Positions 1-10,530 of a stretch of DNA of 64,000 nt are shown here, piece by piece. The stretch comes from Ruditapes philippinarum (Eukaryota), in the NCBI RefSeq assembly GCF_026571515.1, contig NW_026864600.1, positions 1-64,000 on the forward strand. The letters are read 5' to 3'. The notes under the pieces are model-generated. The model made no database searches, had not been told where the DNA came from, and saw nothing but the letters and a program-made list of their open reading frames with translations. Positions within the stretch are counted from its first letter, which is position 1, and each line of letters begins with the position of its first letter. A program made the translations under genes and the position numbers.

Positions 1-270
1 AAAAAGGTTTTTAATTGGAAACGTGATAATATAAGCTGTCACGTGATAATTGTTGTCACGTGATAATATGCTATCTGTGATACTAAGTCACCAATCTGGT
101 AGCTGAAAATAACTGAAAATGTCAATGTTCTGCAGCATACGTCAATCATAGATAAAACTTTTATTAAACCATGTCTGATACAAAACTAAAACTGTTGATT
201 CTAAAAATGTTCTTTTGAGTACGATTATTCAATTCTCTGAACTCATGAAATCTTCTTTTGATTACTTATC

Positions 271-548
271 TTAGTTTCTTCTTATCATCATTGATGACGT
301 CCTCAATGACAAACGGCCATCAAACCCATAATGGATGTGTCCACACCAACCTCTGGTGGCACCGGGAAATTCACATTCCGTGCCTGGCGTCGCATAGTAT
401 CCATTTAGATTGACATAAGTACATTCATAACCATACCACCAGGCTCCATGTTCCCTCACGGCGCAGTTCCCACCTATTGTGTCAAGATTACGGTCGTAAG
501 TTGTAAATGGCATTTGATTAGTATCATCAAAGCCGCCAAAGAATGGAT
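271..548 (-). CDS. Gene A last exon: FReD C-terminal subdomain
   Basis: Same CACTAG acceptor as gene B; DPFFGGFDDTNQMPFTTYDRNLD...NCA...GAWWYGYEC..NLNG...SMMIRRN*. The ORF-track extension to 597 is intron. Confidence 0.9.
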
Positions 549-1696
549 CTAGTGATAAAAAGACAATATTAATTAGTTCTAGCACTGTCAATGTCACATT
601 ACATCAAGACAGTTTGTATGTTGACAAGCCCAAATTTCATAAACAACAAGTTAATATTCCCACAATCATACAAAACGAGTAACTATCCCTACAATCATAC
701 AAAACACATCGTCCGGTTCATCGCAGATGTTATATACAATTGTTATATATTATGGCAAAGCAGGTCCAATATCAGGTCAGTTGAACCACAAATATTTGCC
801 ATTGAGCTTGCTGGTTTTCTAAACCAGTCAGTGAGAAACTTTGCTCTATCAGAGACCAGAATAATTAATCTTCGACTGAACGTAGAATGTTATGATTAGC
901 GTTATATTGTGCATATTAACTGCATTCTACACAAATACATTGAAATTACCATAATAATTATTATGTATAAACGGATACCCAAAAATAATCTCTTAATTGA
1001 CAGAATAGCAAAATTTAATATCTCATATCAAACAAAATATAGCAACATTAAAAATTCATCAGACATGAATTGGTTGTGCTATAAATAAGATAGGAATTTC
1101 CAATCTGATTATTATACTATTCTTTTGTTATTGTAATATTGTCGTCTTTTATTTCTTTAAAACATGTATAATTTAAAGAAACTGTACGCCAAAGAAACGA
1201 ATAAATAAGAAAAGCATAATGGTTTCAAAGCATGTTAGATGCTTGTAATGTCGATAATGTCATAGACGTAGTGACATAAATTGTAAACAAGGTAATATGC
1301 TGACTTCAATACAAAATAATAAACCACTATATCTCTACTAATTGCCAAAAACCAACAGATTGAACAGATGTTCAGGTAATCAGCTAATGACTTGTGTTCT
1401 AGAAATAAAAATATTTTGAGGAAAAAAAAACATTTTCAAGGCATAAGTTGCCTTTATAACTGTTTAATCTTCATTACGCTACGAATCAAATAGTCGTGAG
1501 ATATTATGTTTGATAGCCTAAATGTTTCTATGGGAAATTGATTTTTTGTCTCATACTGTAATAGCAGCTGTCGACCGCTTACTTTGTATTGGTTTTTATG
1601 GCAGTTTTGCTTTCATTAAGCTAATCAAATAAAAAGTAAATGATCAAAATATAATAAAGGAAAAAGAGAAATGTTATATCAGCATAAATATCTTAC

Positions 1697-1864
1697 CCTT
1701 GAATCCATTTTTTATGCACGACCCAATTTTTAGAGTATAATTTGTTCCTTCTGTTAACATAAAGTCTGGACAAGTTTCATGACCTGTTGTACTATCATTT
1801 CTTGTCATGTCAAGACGAATCTCTGTAGAACCTTGTTCAGCTAGTTCTTGTATATACTTTAAAC
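1697..1864 (-). CDS. Gene A FReD exon (GLKYIQELAEQGSTEIRLDMTRNDSTTGHETCPDFMLTEGTNYTLKIGSCIKNGFK)
   Basis: 168 nt, AG/GT-bounded and open; paralogous to 48176-48343. Confidence 0.9.
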
Positions 1865-2029
1865 CTGCGAGAATATATCAAAAGTAAATATAAACATTTA
1901 GAAATTTACAAAGATATTAAGTAGAATTCCGTCTTCAACATTCCATACTATAAAATTACAAACCGTTACAATCACAATAATATTGCGTTCTATTTAGGGA
2001 CATTTAAACCTGCTGGGTTGCCTAATGCA

Positions 2030-2340
2030 TTAAACTTCAAAAATTTATTTTTATCAATTGACTTCAACAACTTATGTTTATAAATATACTTCAGCAACTT
2101 AAAATGTTTATCAATACACTTTAATAACTAATAAGCTTATCAATACACTTCGACAACTAACGTTTTAAATTATCTATACACTTCAACAAATGAATATTGT
2201 ATAAATACACTTCAACAACTTAATATGTTTTTCAATAAACCTCAACAACTAATGTTTTTCAAACTACTTCAACAACATATGTTTATCAATAGACTTCAAC
2301 AACTAAATATGTTTATCATTACCCTTCAACAACTTATATA
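2030..2340 (+). repeat. Intronic minisatellite of about 30 bp (cttcaacaactta.atgtttatcaatacac); paralogous tract at 48500-48550 and 49340-49565
   Basis: Direct reading. Confidence 0.8.
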
Positions 2341-2599
2341 AGCATTGCATTACGGTCAACAAGAAATATTCTAAGTGTATTCGTTAATTAAAATATTTGT
2401 TTAATGTAAGCAAAATATGTGTTTAATGTAAGCAAAATATGTGTTCCATCGTAACGAAACCAATCTTTATGTTACGCTTGCAACAAATGCTAAGTGTATT
2501 TTTTAATTGCGATGATCATAATGTACTTTAGATGACTACGCAATAACTGTACTATATTTGTTTTAAAATGCCAGTGGTACAAGTAATATTTTTTCATAC

Positions 2600-2696
2600 C
2601 TAGCCACAACTCTCCATCAACGTTTCCAAAGCCATTCTCATACTCTGTAAAGTTGCGATAAAATCCCACTGACCCGTTCATTCGCCTATGAAATAT
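2600..2696 (-). CDS. Gene A FReD exon (IFHRRMNGSVGFYRNFTEYENGFGNVDGELWL)
   Basis: 97 nt, AG/GT-bounded; paralogous to 49809-49905. Confidence 0.9.
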
Positions 2697-4121
2697 CTAT
2701 TAAAAAAACGCATACAGGTTGGGTGCTTTCGAATTATGTATACAATCATTTCTTAAATTAAATTAAGTGTTTGTCTTTTAAACGTCAGTTTTATGTAGCT
2801 GAGCATTATATTTCACTTAAAATGGAAAGATTGACAAAAGTCCAAAATCAATTTGCTGTTAAGCAGAGATCGTTTGTACTTCTAATCATTTACCTTGATT
2901 CAATAAATTGGTCAATACCTGGTTATACACTTTATTACATGCTTTCCTGAAGATACTGCAATCATTTTACAGTGAAATGATAAGATATAATTTACCAAGC
3001 AACCATACTATAATTGAATGCGGATGAAAGTAATAAACCATGTAACACGACCCGCATTTTCCGTTATTGAAAAAAAAGAACCGAAAGTGTGTGTTATTAT
3101 GTAATAAAATCACTGGTGACGTTCTATATTTAGATATGTGACGTAATCATTATTATTATATACATGTTATCTAACCAATAAAAGATCCGACGCACTAAAA
3201 ATAAGTACGGGAATAAATCAGGGGCAATTTTGCTTAATATCAGGTACGCGGCATTTATTTGTCGATGTCTTTTTAGAATCGAAATAATATATCCAAATCG
3301 TTGATTTTCTCGCTTGATATGTCCGTCGTTATATAATTCCTCGCATCCGAACTCCGAATAGTCACTGTGATGTTATTGAGCGATAAAATCACTTTTTTGG
3401 GATATATTATTTCATACTTGTACGAGTATTAAAAACAACAAATATTAAATGGATATTTTTTTCGTTTGAGTGAAATATAGAATATATTTTCACGCAACAT
3501 GATTTAAAAAGCCCAAAATATTTCCCGGGGAAAAAAGCCCCAAAAAAAAAAAATTTAATTTTTAAATTTTATTATCAAAGATAAAAAGGTTCAAAAAACC
3601 CCCTTTTTTCTTGAAACGGTTTTTGGGAAAGCGTTTTAAAAAGACTGAAATTAAAAGATATTGGGTGTTCGGATTTAAATTTTTTAGATGAACATTTTTT
3701 TTTCATTCTAGGGGTTTGGGGTTTTTAAAATAAAAATAACAAAAAATTGGGGGTTTTTTATTTTCAAAAGTTTTCAAAAACCAAAATTTCCCAAAAGAAG
3801 CCTTTAAAATGAATATGACCTTTCCCCCCACTTTCCTATTTTATTTATCATTAAAATTTTTAAATAATATACATTTTGGGCTGAAAATGGCAAACCCTAT
3901 TTCCCTGGGTTTAATAAAAAAAAATCTATGTTTTTAATAATTTTAAACCTTAAAAAGGGGAATTTTAAATGCAATTCCCCATATTGACGGGCTTTTTTGA
4001 CTGGTTATTTCATTCTGACGAAAGAGAAAGAATTTAAAATTTTAAAGAAAAAGTTATCCCTTTGGGGTATATGAATTTAGGAAAAAAACAAGCTTGCTAA
4101 TCCCAAAAATTCAAAAAATAC

Positions 4122-4281
4122 CGGGCCCAAACCCCCGCCCCCTCTGTTTTTCCCTGGGCAAAAATTCCAAAGGTCAGAAGCCCTCCAGTTTTTTCCCTAG
4201 TTCTAATTTTTCAAAATTGCCCACTTTTTTTCCTCCAAAGGAGCTTATCAAGGAAATTCTTTTCAATCACTTTGGGTTTTT
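4122..4281 (-). pseudogene. Garbled equivalent of FReD exon 4 in gene A
   Basis: Recognisable anchors shared with 50966-51099 (tctgttt..cc, gtcagaa, ccactttt, cttatcaagga, caatca) but with inflated homopolymers. No open frame. Confidence 0.65.
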
Positions 4282-5265
4282 CTAAGGGGGAAAGGGTTTA
4301 AAAAAAAGTAATTTTTAACAAGGGGAAAAAATTTTCATAGCCAGTGGTTTTTTTTTAAAAATTCCCTTTAAATTTGTTAAATCTTATATACACTATCGGG
4401 TCATTATGTTTATAACATTTAAATTTGTTAAAAATCTCATCACTGTTACCATTTAAGGGGCTTTTATTGGGGGGACGTAATAAGACAGTTCGGGTAATAT
4501 CGACCTCGGCACAAAAATCAAATTGCAATTTTCCAGGGAGGTAATGTAACAGTGAAATCATTCTTATTTTCTATGACAAGTATTGCGCCATTGCCATTTT
4601 TTCTATACCTATGTTGCTTTTATGTGCAATGCATGATGCATATTTGTTTCCAAACTTCACATGTAAGTTATAACAAAAATGAAGGTAGGGTAATAGAGTA
4701 AGCGAAAATCAAGAAATTGCTTAAAATTGAAGAAATTAAGATGTTATTAAAGATTTTTTTTTAACTCACCTCTGAATAGATTATCAGTTATCAAAGACTA
4801 TCATTTCATTTCGAAACGATAACAATAACAATTTCATAAGAAAATATGCTTAAAAAAGCCAAAAAAGGAAAGAAAGTTATCATCTAATAATGTTATTTTA
4901 TTTTTATAGTAATTATAATATTCTAAAAAATAATATACCGTTTGTAAGATTATGTATTAATTCTAAAGGAATTATAGTTTTTTTTTGTTTTTTTTTTTCA
5001 ACCATTGGGATAAACAAAATCAATTGCTTGATTAAATAAATAAAAAATAATTGTCATAAAGACATCATCAAATATATCCTTTATTTTTATAAGAACATGT
5101 AGATAATAAAATATTAATTTATTTGCTTCAGCATTTTAAGTGCCAAAGTAAATGTTTTGAAAGACGATCTCTTTTATTCTGCCTTCATTGGGCTAATTTA
5201 AGATGAAAAATTATTTTAAGACAAGAAGAAAAAACAGGAATTATTTTAAATAACTTTAAAAAAAC

Positions 5266-5350
5266 GTTACAAAATTTTTCTTTCGTGGCTAGTTGTAGGA
5301 CTGCCTATTTCCTGAAAAAGGGCCCTCAAAAATTTTATTCTCTTGTTGGG
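5266..5350 (-). pseudogene. Truncated relic of the sushi exon in gene A
   Basis: cgttaca...gttgtaggactgcctatttcctgaa...ctcttgttg matches 57581-57644, then jumps to the AAT-rich intron. About half of the exon and its acceptor are missing. Confidence 0.6.
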
Positions 5351-6559
5351 GAAAATAATTTAATAATGATGATTTTTATAATAATGATTAAATAGTAAAT
5401 AATGATTTAGATAATGGGGTTTTATCTAAAAACAAAAGGGCCCATTTTCAGAAGGATCAATATAACGATCTAGGTAAAAATCGGGATCAAGTATCCTAAG
5501 TTATATCTATGTGAACATATAGTTTCTTGCTGGCAGAAGTTTTAAATGTACAATGAGTTTAACGTTTTCTATTCTGCTTTTGCTTAGGTTTGTTTAAAAT
5601 CAAATTCTACTTATTATATTAATACGCAAACGTAGGATGAATTTAACAAGAATCCTCTGTCTAGTGTAGAACATAGATTTGCAGATCACATGAAAGACAA
5701 TACTGGTTAGGACATGAAATTTATCAAACAAAAATATTGCGAAAATATTTCTTAAAAAAATTTACACAACATTTAATCAAATAGCAAATAAATACGTAAA
5801 AAAAAAGTTTTTACGAACAAATGTCTTTGCATACATGAAAAGTTTATGGTTAATTATGAAACGAGTATATTATTGATTTGAAGGAAAAAACGACGGATAA
5901 AGCAAAATGAACGTCGTCGTATCCATAAAACTTTATATTTAAAGTTTGGCCTCCTTCAAGTTGCAAGTTCGCTATAACTTTTGTTTAACCAAGTAGTTCT
6001 GCTAGCAATATACCAAATGAAGCGGGACATTGTGGAGCGTACCAATACATATACATGTATCTGGTTTTCAATAATTTCAAACAAAAGAGTTAGAAACAAA
6101 AGTATACATTTTATTTTTTATTCAAAGATGGCAATGTTAGTCGAAAATTGTAGGATACGACACAGCTCTAAATGTAGGAAAAAGGAAACTAAAAACAGGG
6201 GTTTTGATCGTGGGAAAAAAAATTTTTGCCTTTTCCCTAAAGGGCTATTTTAAAATCACTCCCCCTAAAAATTCCGGGGCCTTTAAAAAACCCCCGTTTT
6301 TTTCGGGTTGGCCTTTTTTGCCCGGGAAAAAAATTTTAACGTAAAAAAAATTGGGGTACCCCGGGATGGGGGTATATGCCGAAAGGAAAACATGCATTAA
6401 CGGAAAAAATTCAACCCCAACCCAAAAGATATTGTTTTGAGGGACTTCCGGGGGTGAATATTTTTTAAAAAAAGCAAAATGCAATTTTCGCCCAAATAAA
6501 CCCTTTAAAAAATTTCGTAAAAATTTTGTAAAAATTTGGTAAAAGAAATTTAAATTTAC

Positions 6560-6871
6560 CTAACACAAAAAGCCAATATACTCATTTTCCGTCACCATAT
6601 TTTGCTCTGATGACGTATTACATCCAACACATTTCATTTCCGACGGTTTGTAGAAAGCAACAACGCACGTGCCATAGCGCGAACACTGAAGTGCGCATTG
6701 AATATTGCTCGGTACACTAAGTGCACTGAAAACACTGTCGAACTCATTGCACGTTAACCCGCCTAATGTTTCATCTTTCCTAAAACTGATGAATTCAGCA
6801 GAGTAAAGAAGGCAAACCGAAATGCCCAGAGCAAATACGAAAAGAATATTAGCTGACGCCCTGTTGCTCAT
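6560..6871 (-). CDS. Signal peptide + PAN/apple-like exon (probable first exon of gene A, or a stand-alone short secreted protein)
   Basis: Hydrophobic leader ILFVFALGISVCLL and PAN-like pattern IQCALQCSRYGTCVVAFYKPSEMKCVGC. The TAG stop is immediately followed by GTAAAT (donor-like). Confidence 0.75.
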   Translation of the reverse strand: MSNRASANILFVFALGISVCLLYSAEFISFRKDETLGGLTCNEFDSVFSALSVPSNIQCALQCSRYGTCVVAFYKPSEMKCVGCNTSSEQNMVTENEYIGFLC

Positions 6872-6942
6872 GATTCGACAACTACAAATATACAGAAGTC
6901 CGCGTCTGTTATAAGAAGAGATATTTCGTTACATACTGTCAT

Positions 6943-6954
6943 TGCGCATGCGCA
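6943..6954. promoter_or_regulatory. NRF-1-type palindrome TGCGCATGCGCA about 70 bp upstream of the 6871 ATG
   Basis: Perfect match to YGCGCAYGCGCR, conserved in the inverted paralogue. Confidence 0.5.
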
Positions 6955-7352
6955 TACTATGTTTTTGCGACAGTTCATCTCTCACTCGGGCATTTGTTGT
7001 GGCGCCATCTCACATTTGTTCTACTGCGCATGATAACTTTGCATGTCAATTATGGTTAATTTAGGCATCAATTATTCAAACATGATCTTTTTGTCTATCC
7101 TTTTAATTGCAGTTAGTTTATATATATTTTGAGTTAATTAAATTTTTGTCAATTCATTACTAATGTTTAATTTGTATGAAACGCCAGGTTGACAGAATGT
7201 CTCTAGCTGTCCTAGACGAGATATATTCAAATTAAAATCAGTCAGTATAGACAACAAGCTTGACTTTGCTAATGTTGGTATGATAGGAATCAAAGCTAAT
7301 AATTATCAGTAGTGGCTTTAATGAAATATAAATTGATTACATGTTCATTCTG

Positions 7353-7422
<70 letters not shown>

Positions 7423-7431
7423 TAATAATAA
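7353..7431 (+). repeat. (AAT)n microsatellite
   Basis: More than 20 perfect AAT units. Confidence 0.95.
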
Positions 7432-7567
7432 AAATGTTCTTATGTATAACATTTTTGTATAGGATGGAAAAAACAACAAAAAAAACAATAATAAGCAAAT
7501 AGATTTCAGATTTTTAATTTTTAGTTTGTACAAAGTTATTTTAGTTCGAGTATATTGGAACCCATAT

Positions 7568-7732
7568 GCTTATTGAAACACTCTCGAATCCGTTCCTGGA
7601 ACCAACCGGTACTAAGCAATGAATGTAAAGGTTCTTGCTCAAGGAAACAACAGTTTGCCACTGACATGGTTTGAACCAACGAGGTCAGCAATCCTTAAAT
7701 TACCGATGCGTTAATCACTCGGTCGAGCCGCC
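7568..7732 (-). mobile_element. tRNA-derived CORE-type SINE (second copy 11289-11453)
   Basis: Minus strand: A-box-like gaccgagtga, B-box ggttcaaacc, then CORE-like tccttgagcaagaacctttac...tgcttagtac. Confidence 0.7.
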
Positions 7733-8529
7733 ATATTAACAATAATGCCAAATCAGATTTGAAATCTTGTATATCTCAGTGTTTATTTAGATGGGTAAAG
7801 TTTTACATCGAAGTACAGATTACAAAAGTTTACGTCTAAAAAACTAATAAATCATTTTTAGGCAAGGTTTAAAATTGATATTTGGACTATTGACTATATG
7901 TTCTCGACGATTCAATCGAACTGTTTATAGAAAAGAATGACTTTATTTTTAGTTTTTATAAATTTAAAGGGTACTTATGACAGCGTTGAACGGAAGAGAC
8001 TATGGACAAATCAGTTTTAAGCAATATAGAGGGAATTTTTAGATGTTATAAAGATCATTTACAATAAAACCAACTCTCATATATTTTGTGAACGTGAATA
8101 AATCGTTCCCTATTTTCTTTCTTCATACTTAAATTATCTGCAAGATTTATGCTAGAAATTAATTTCTTGCACGTTGTTAGATGTGACAGATACACTTTAG
8201 ATAACAATGTTTTAAGTGTTGTTTAATTGATTGTCTTATTACACAAATTAGGCAGAAAACGCAGTTATTCTATTTGAATCAGATTTATAAGCAGCTTTAA
8301 ATGACTTTGAGTATGAAACAATAGTCCATAGAAATATAGTGAGATCAAAACAGATTAATGAGACAAAGATGTATCATGCTTATGTTTTCAAGAGTGGTTC
8401 TTAGAAACTTAATCTTACTATAACACCAAAAAGGGCACAGAAAAACAAGGAACTAGAGTAATTCATTATCTATACATGTTGTTATTATGGATATTACAAC
8501 ACTGAAGTGAAATTTTATATATGTATATA

Positions 8530-10530
8530 GCCAGCTTGATAATCAAAATACAAAATTAAAAAAAAAACGAATTTGATTCCGGAGTTTACTTTTGGGCCAG
8601 CTGGACGATCGAAATTCAAAATTTTCAAAAGCTGAATTTCGAGCTGGAACTGAAATTCGAGCCAGCTCGAAGATCAAAATTCAAAGTTTGAAAAATCCGA
8701 ATATCGAGCTAGAGTTGAATTTCGAGCCAGCTCAAAATCGAAATTCAATTTAAAAAAAAAAACGAATTTCTACTTGGAGTAGAATTTCGAGCCAGCTCAC
8801 GATCGAAATTCAATATTTTCAAAAAAAAAAAACGACTTTCTAGCTGGAAATGAATTTCGAGCCAGCTCCAAAATCAAAATTCAGACTTTTTGAAACCCAA
8901 ATTTCGAGCTGCAAATGAATTTCGAGCCGTCTGGAAGGTCTCATTTCTTAGTATATGTACAGTGATGTAGTTCCACAAGAAAAATAACCGTTTCGGGAGG
9001 AGTATACGTTTCTTAAATCCATCCCCCCATGTCCAGTCCGGTAGCCCGGGAGAATATCATAAATTCAAACGTAGGCGTTTCTCATTAGACGACAAATAAG
9101 GTCAATGACTGAATATTTATAGGCCTAGAATTTAACTTCTATTTATAGATCTTAAGTTTATAATGAAGTCGTGCTGAATAAGTAAGACAAAGACTGTATA
9201 TTCACAAGTCTAGAATTTTACTATCTTGAAGTTTTGATAGTTGCATGTAAATCAAAACTAAAGATCGGTGAAATGAAGACCATATGATTATAACAAATGG
9301 TCATTATTTTTGAAATAGTGTTGACTACCAGTTGATAATATTATAAGTAAGATTCTAGTTGTGTATATCGTCATTACGCTCCGCTTCGCTGCACAAAATG
9401 GCCTTCGGTGGTTCTACTCAGGTGCCCGTTCGTGCCTGAAATAATGCACGGAAGGGCACCTGAGGTCTTCTTCCACCACTAAAGCTTGAAAGTCGCGATA
9501 TGACCTACACTGTGTCGATGTGACGTAACACCCAAAAACAAACAAACAAACAAAATGGCCACAATAGCAAAATATCCTGTAATCAAAATACAGGCGGTGT
9601 TTCGACCAAAATTTACAGGAATGATCAGTGCTATACCTAGTTGTGGAAGACATATGTTTTTGTAACAAAAAATCCTTCTAGTTTAAATAAATAGTAATCG
9701 TATACACGTTCATACTTATGTCTTAATTTAATGTACATTACAAAGGATTTACAATCTTTACAAGTATCACACTTGAATTTCTTTCACTCTTCGAGCTGGC
9801 TCAAAATTCAACTGCATGTCGAAATTCGTGTTTCAAAGATTTTGAATTTCGATCTTGGAGCTGGCTCGAACTTAACTTTAGCTCGAAATCCGGTTTATGA
9901 AAATTTTAAGTATCAATTTTCAGCTGGCTCGAAATTCAGGTTTTTCAAATTTTGAATTCCGATCTTAGAGCTAGCTCGAATTTCCTTTCCAGCTCGAAAT
10001 TGGCGTTTGAAAATTATTATTCGAAATTCAGGTTCTTCTCGAAATTCTTTTATTAATTTTGTATTTGGATCTTCGAGCTGGTTAGAATGAAAATCAATTC
10101 CGGTTCAAAATTTGGGTTTTGAATATTTTGAATTTGAATTTTCGAGCTGGCTTTGGAAATCAAGTCCAGTTTGAAATTCTAGTTTGAATTTCTATCTCCA
10201 AACTGGCCCGAAATTTTACTCCAGTTCAAAAGCCGCGGTTAAAAATTTTGAATTTCGATCTTCCAGCTGGCTCAAAACTCAAACTCAGCTCGAAATTAGA
10301 CATTTTCAAATTTTGATTGACGATCTCCGTGCTGACCCAAATTCAACACCAGTTCAAAATTCGGCTCTGGAAGCTCTGAATTTCGATCTTTGAGCTAGCT
10401 CTTAATTCAACTCAAGCTCGAAATTCGCGTTTTGAAAATTTGGTATTTTGATCCTCGAGCTGGCTTGAAATTCATCTCCATCTCAAAATTCATCTTTTAT
10501 TTACTTTGAAATTCGATCTTCTATCTAGCT
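8530..10530. repeat. Two arrays of GAATTTCGA/CCAGCTC sub-repeats in opposite orientation (about 8530-8935 and 9775-10530), foldback-like; duplicated at about 12250-14250
   Basis: The left arm repeats gaatttcgagccagctc and the right arm repeats gagctggctcgaaattc. Confidence 0.75.
9405..9554 (+). mobile_element. 5'-truncated SINE (Meta-SINE-like central domain, (CAAA)n tail); second copy 13121-13270
   Basis: tcggtggttctactcaggtgcccg...gaaataatgcacggaagggcacctgaggtcttcttccacca followed by the simple-repeat tail. Family name is from recall. Confidence 0.65.

Larger units (their letters stand above)
271..6871 (-). other. Gene A: paralogous FReD gene with intact last three exons, unreadable middle exons and a different PAN-type first exon; functional status unresolved (gene, pseudogene or sequence error)
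   Basis: Introns and exons at about 20-5840 are collinear with 46600-58480. The exon 4 and sushi equivalents fall in homopolymer-garbled sequence. Confidence 0.7.

Noticed and set aside
4094-6484. ORFs 4094-4285, 4355-4561, 5981-6253 and 6245-6484
   Set aside because: They lie in or next to homopolymer-garbled sequence and give low-complexity K/F/P/G translations with no recognisable domain.
7345-7533. Poly-Leu membrane ORF
   Set aside because: It is a translation of the (AAT)n microsatellite.
9414-9668. 84-aa ORF present twice (also 13130-13384)
   Set aside because: It is an antisense reading of a SINE and its flank, repeated only because of the tandem duplication.
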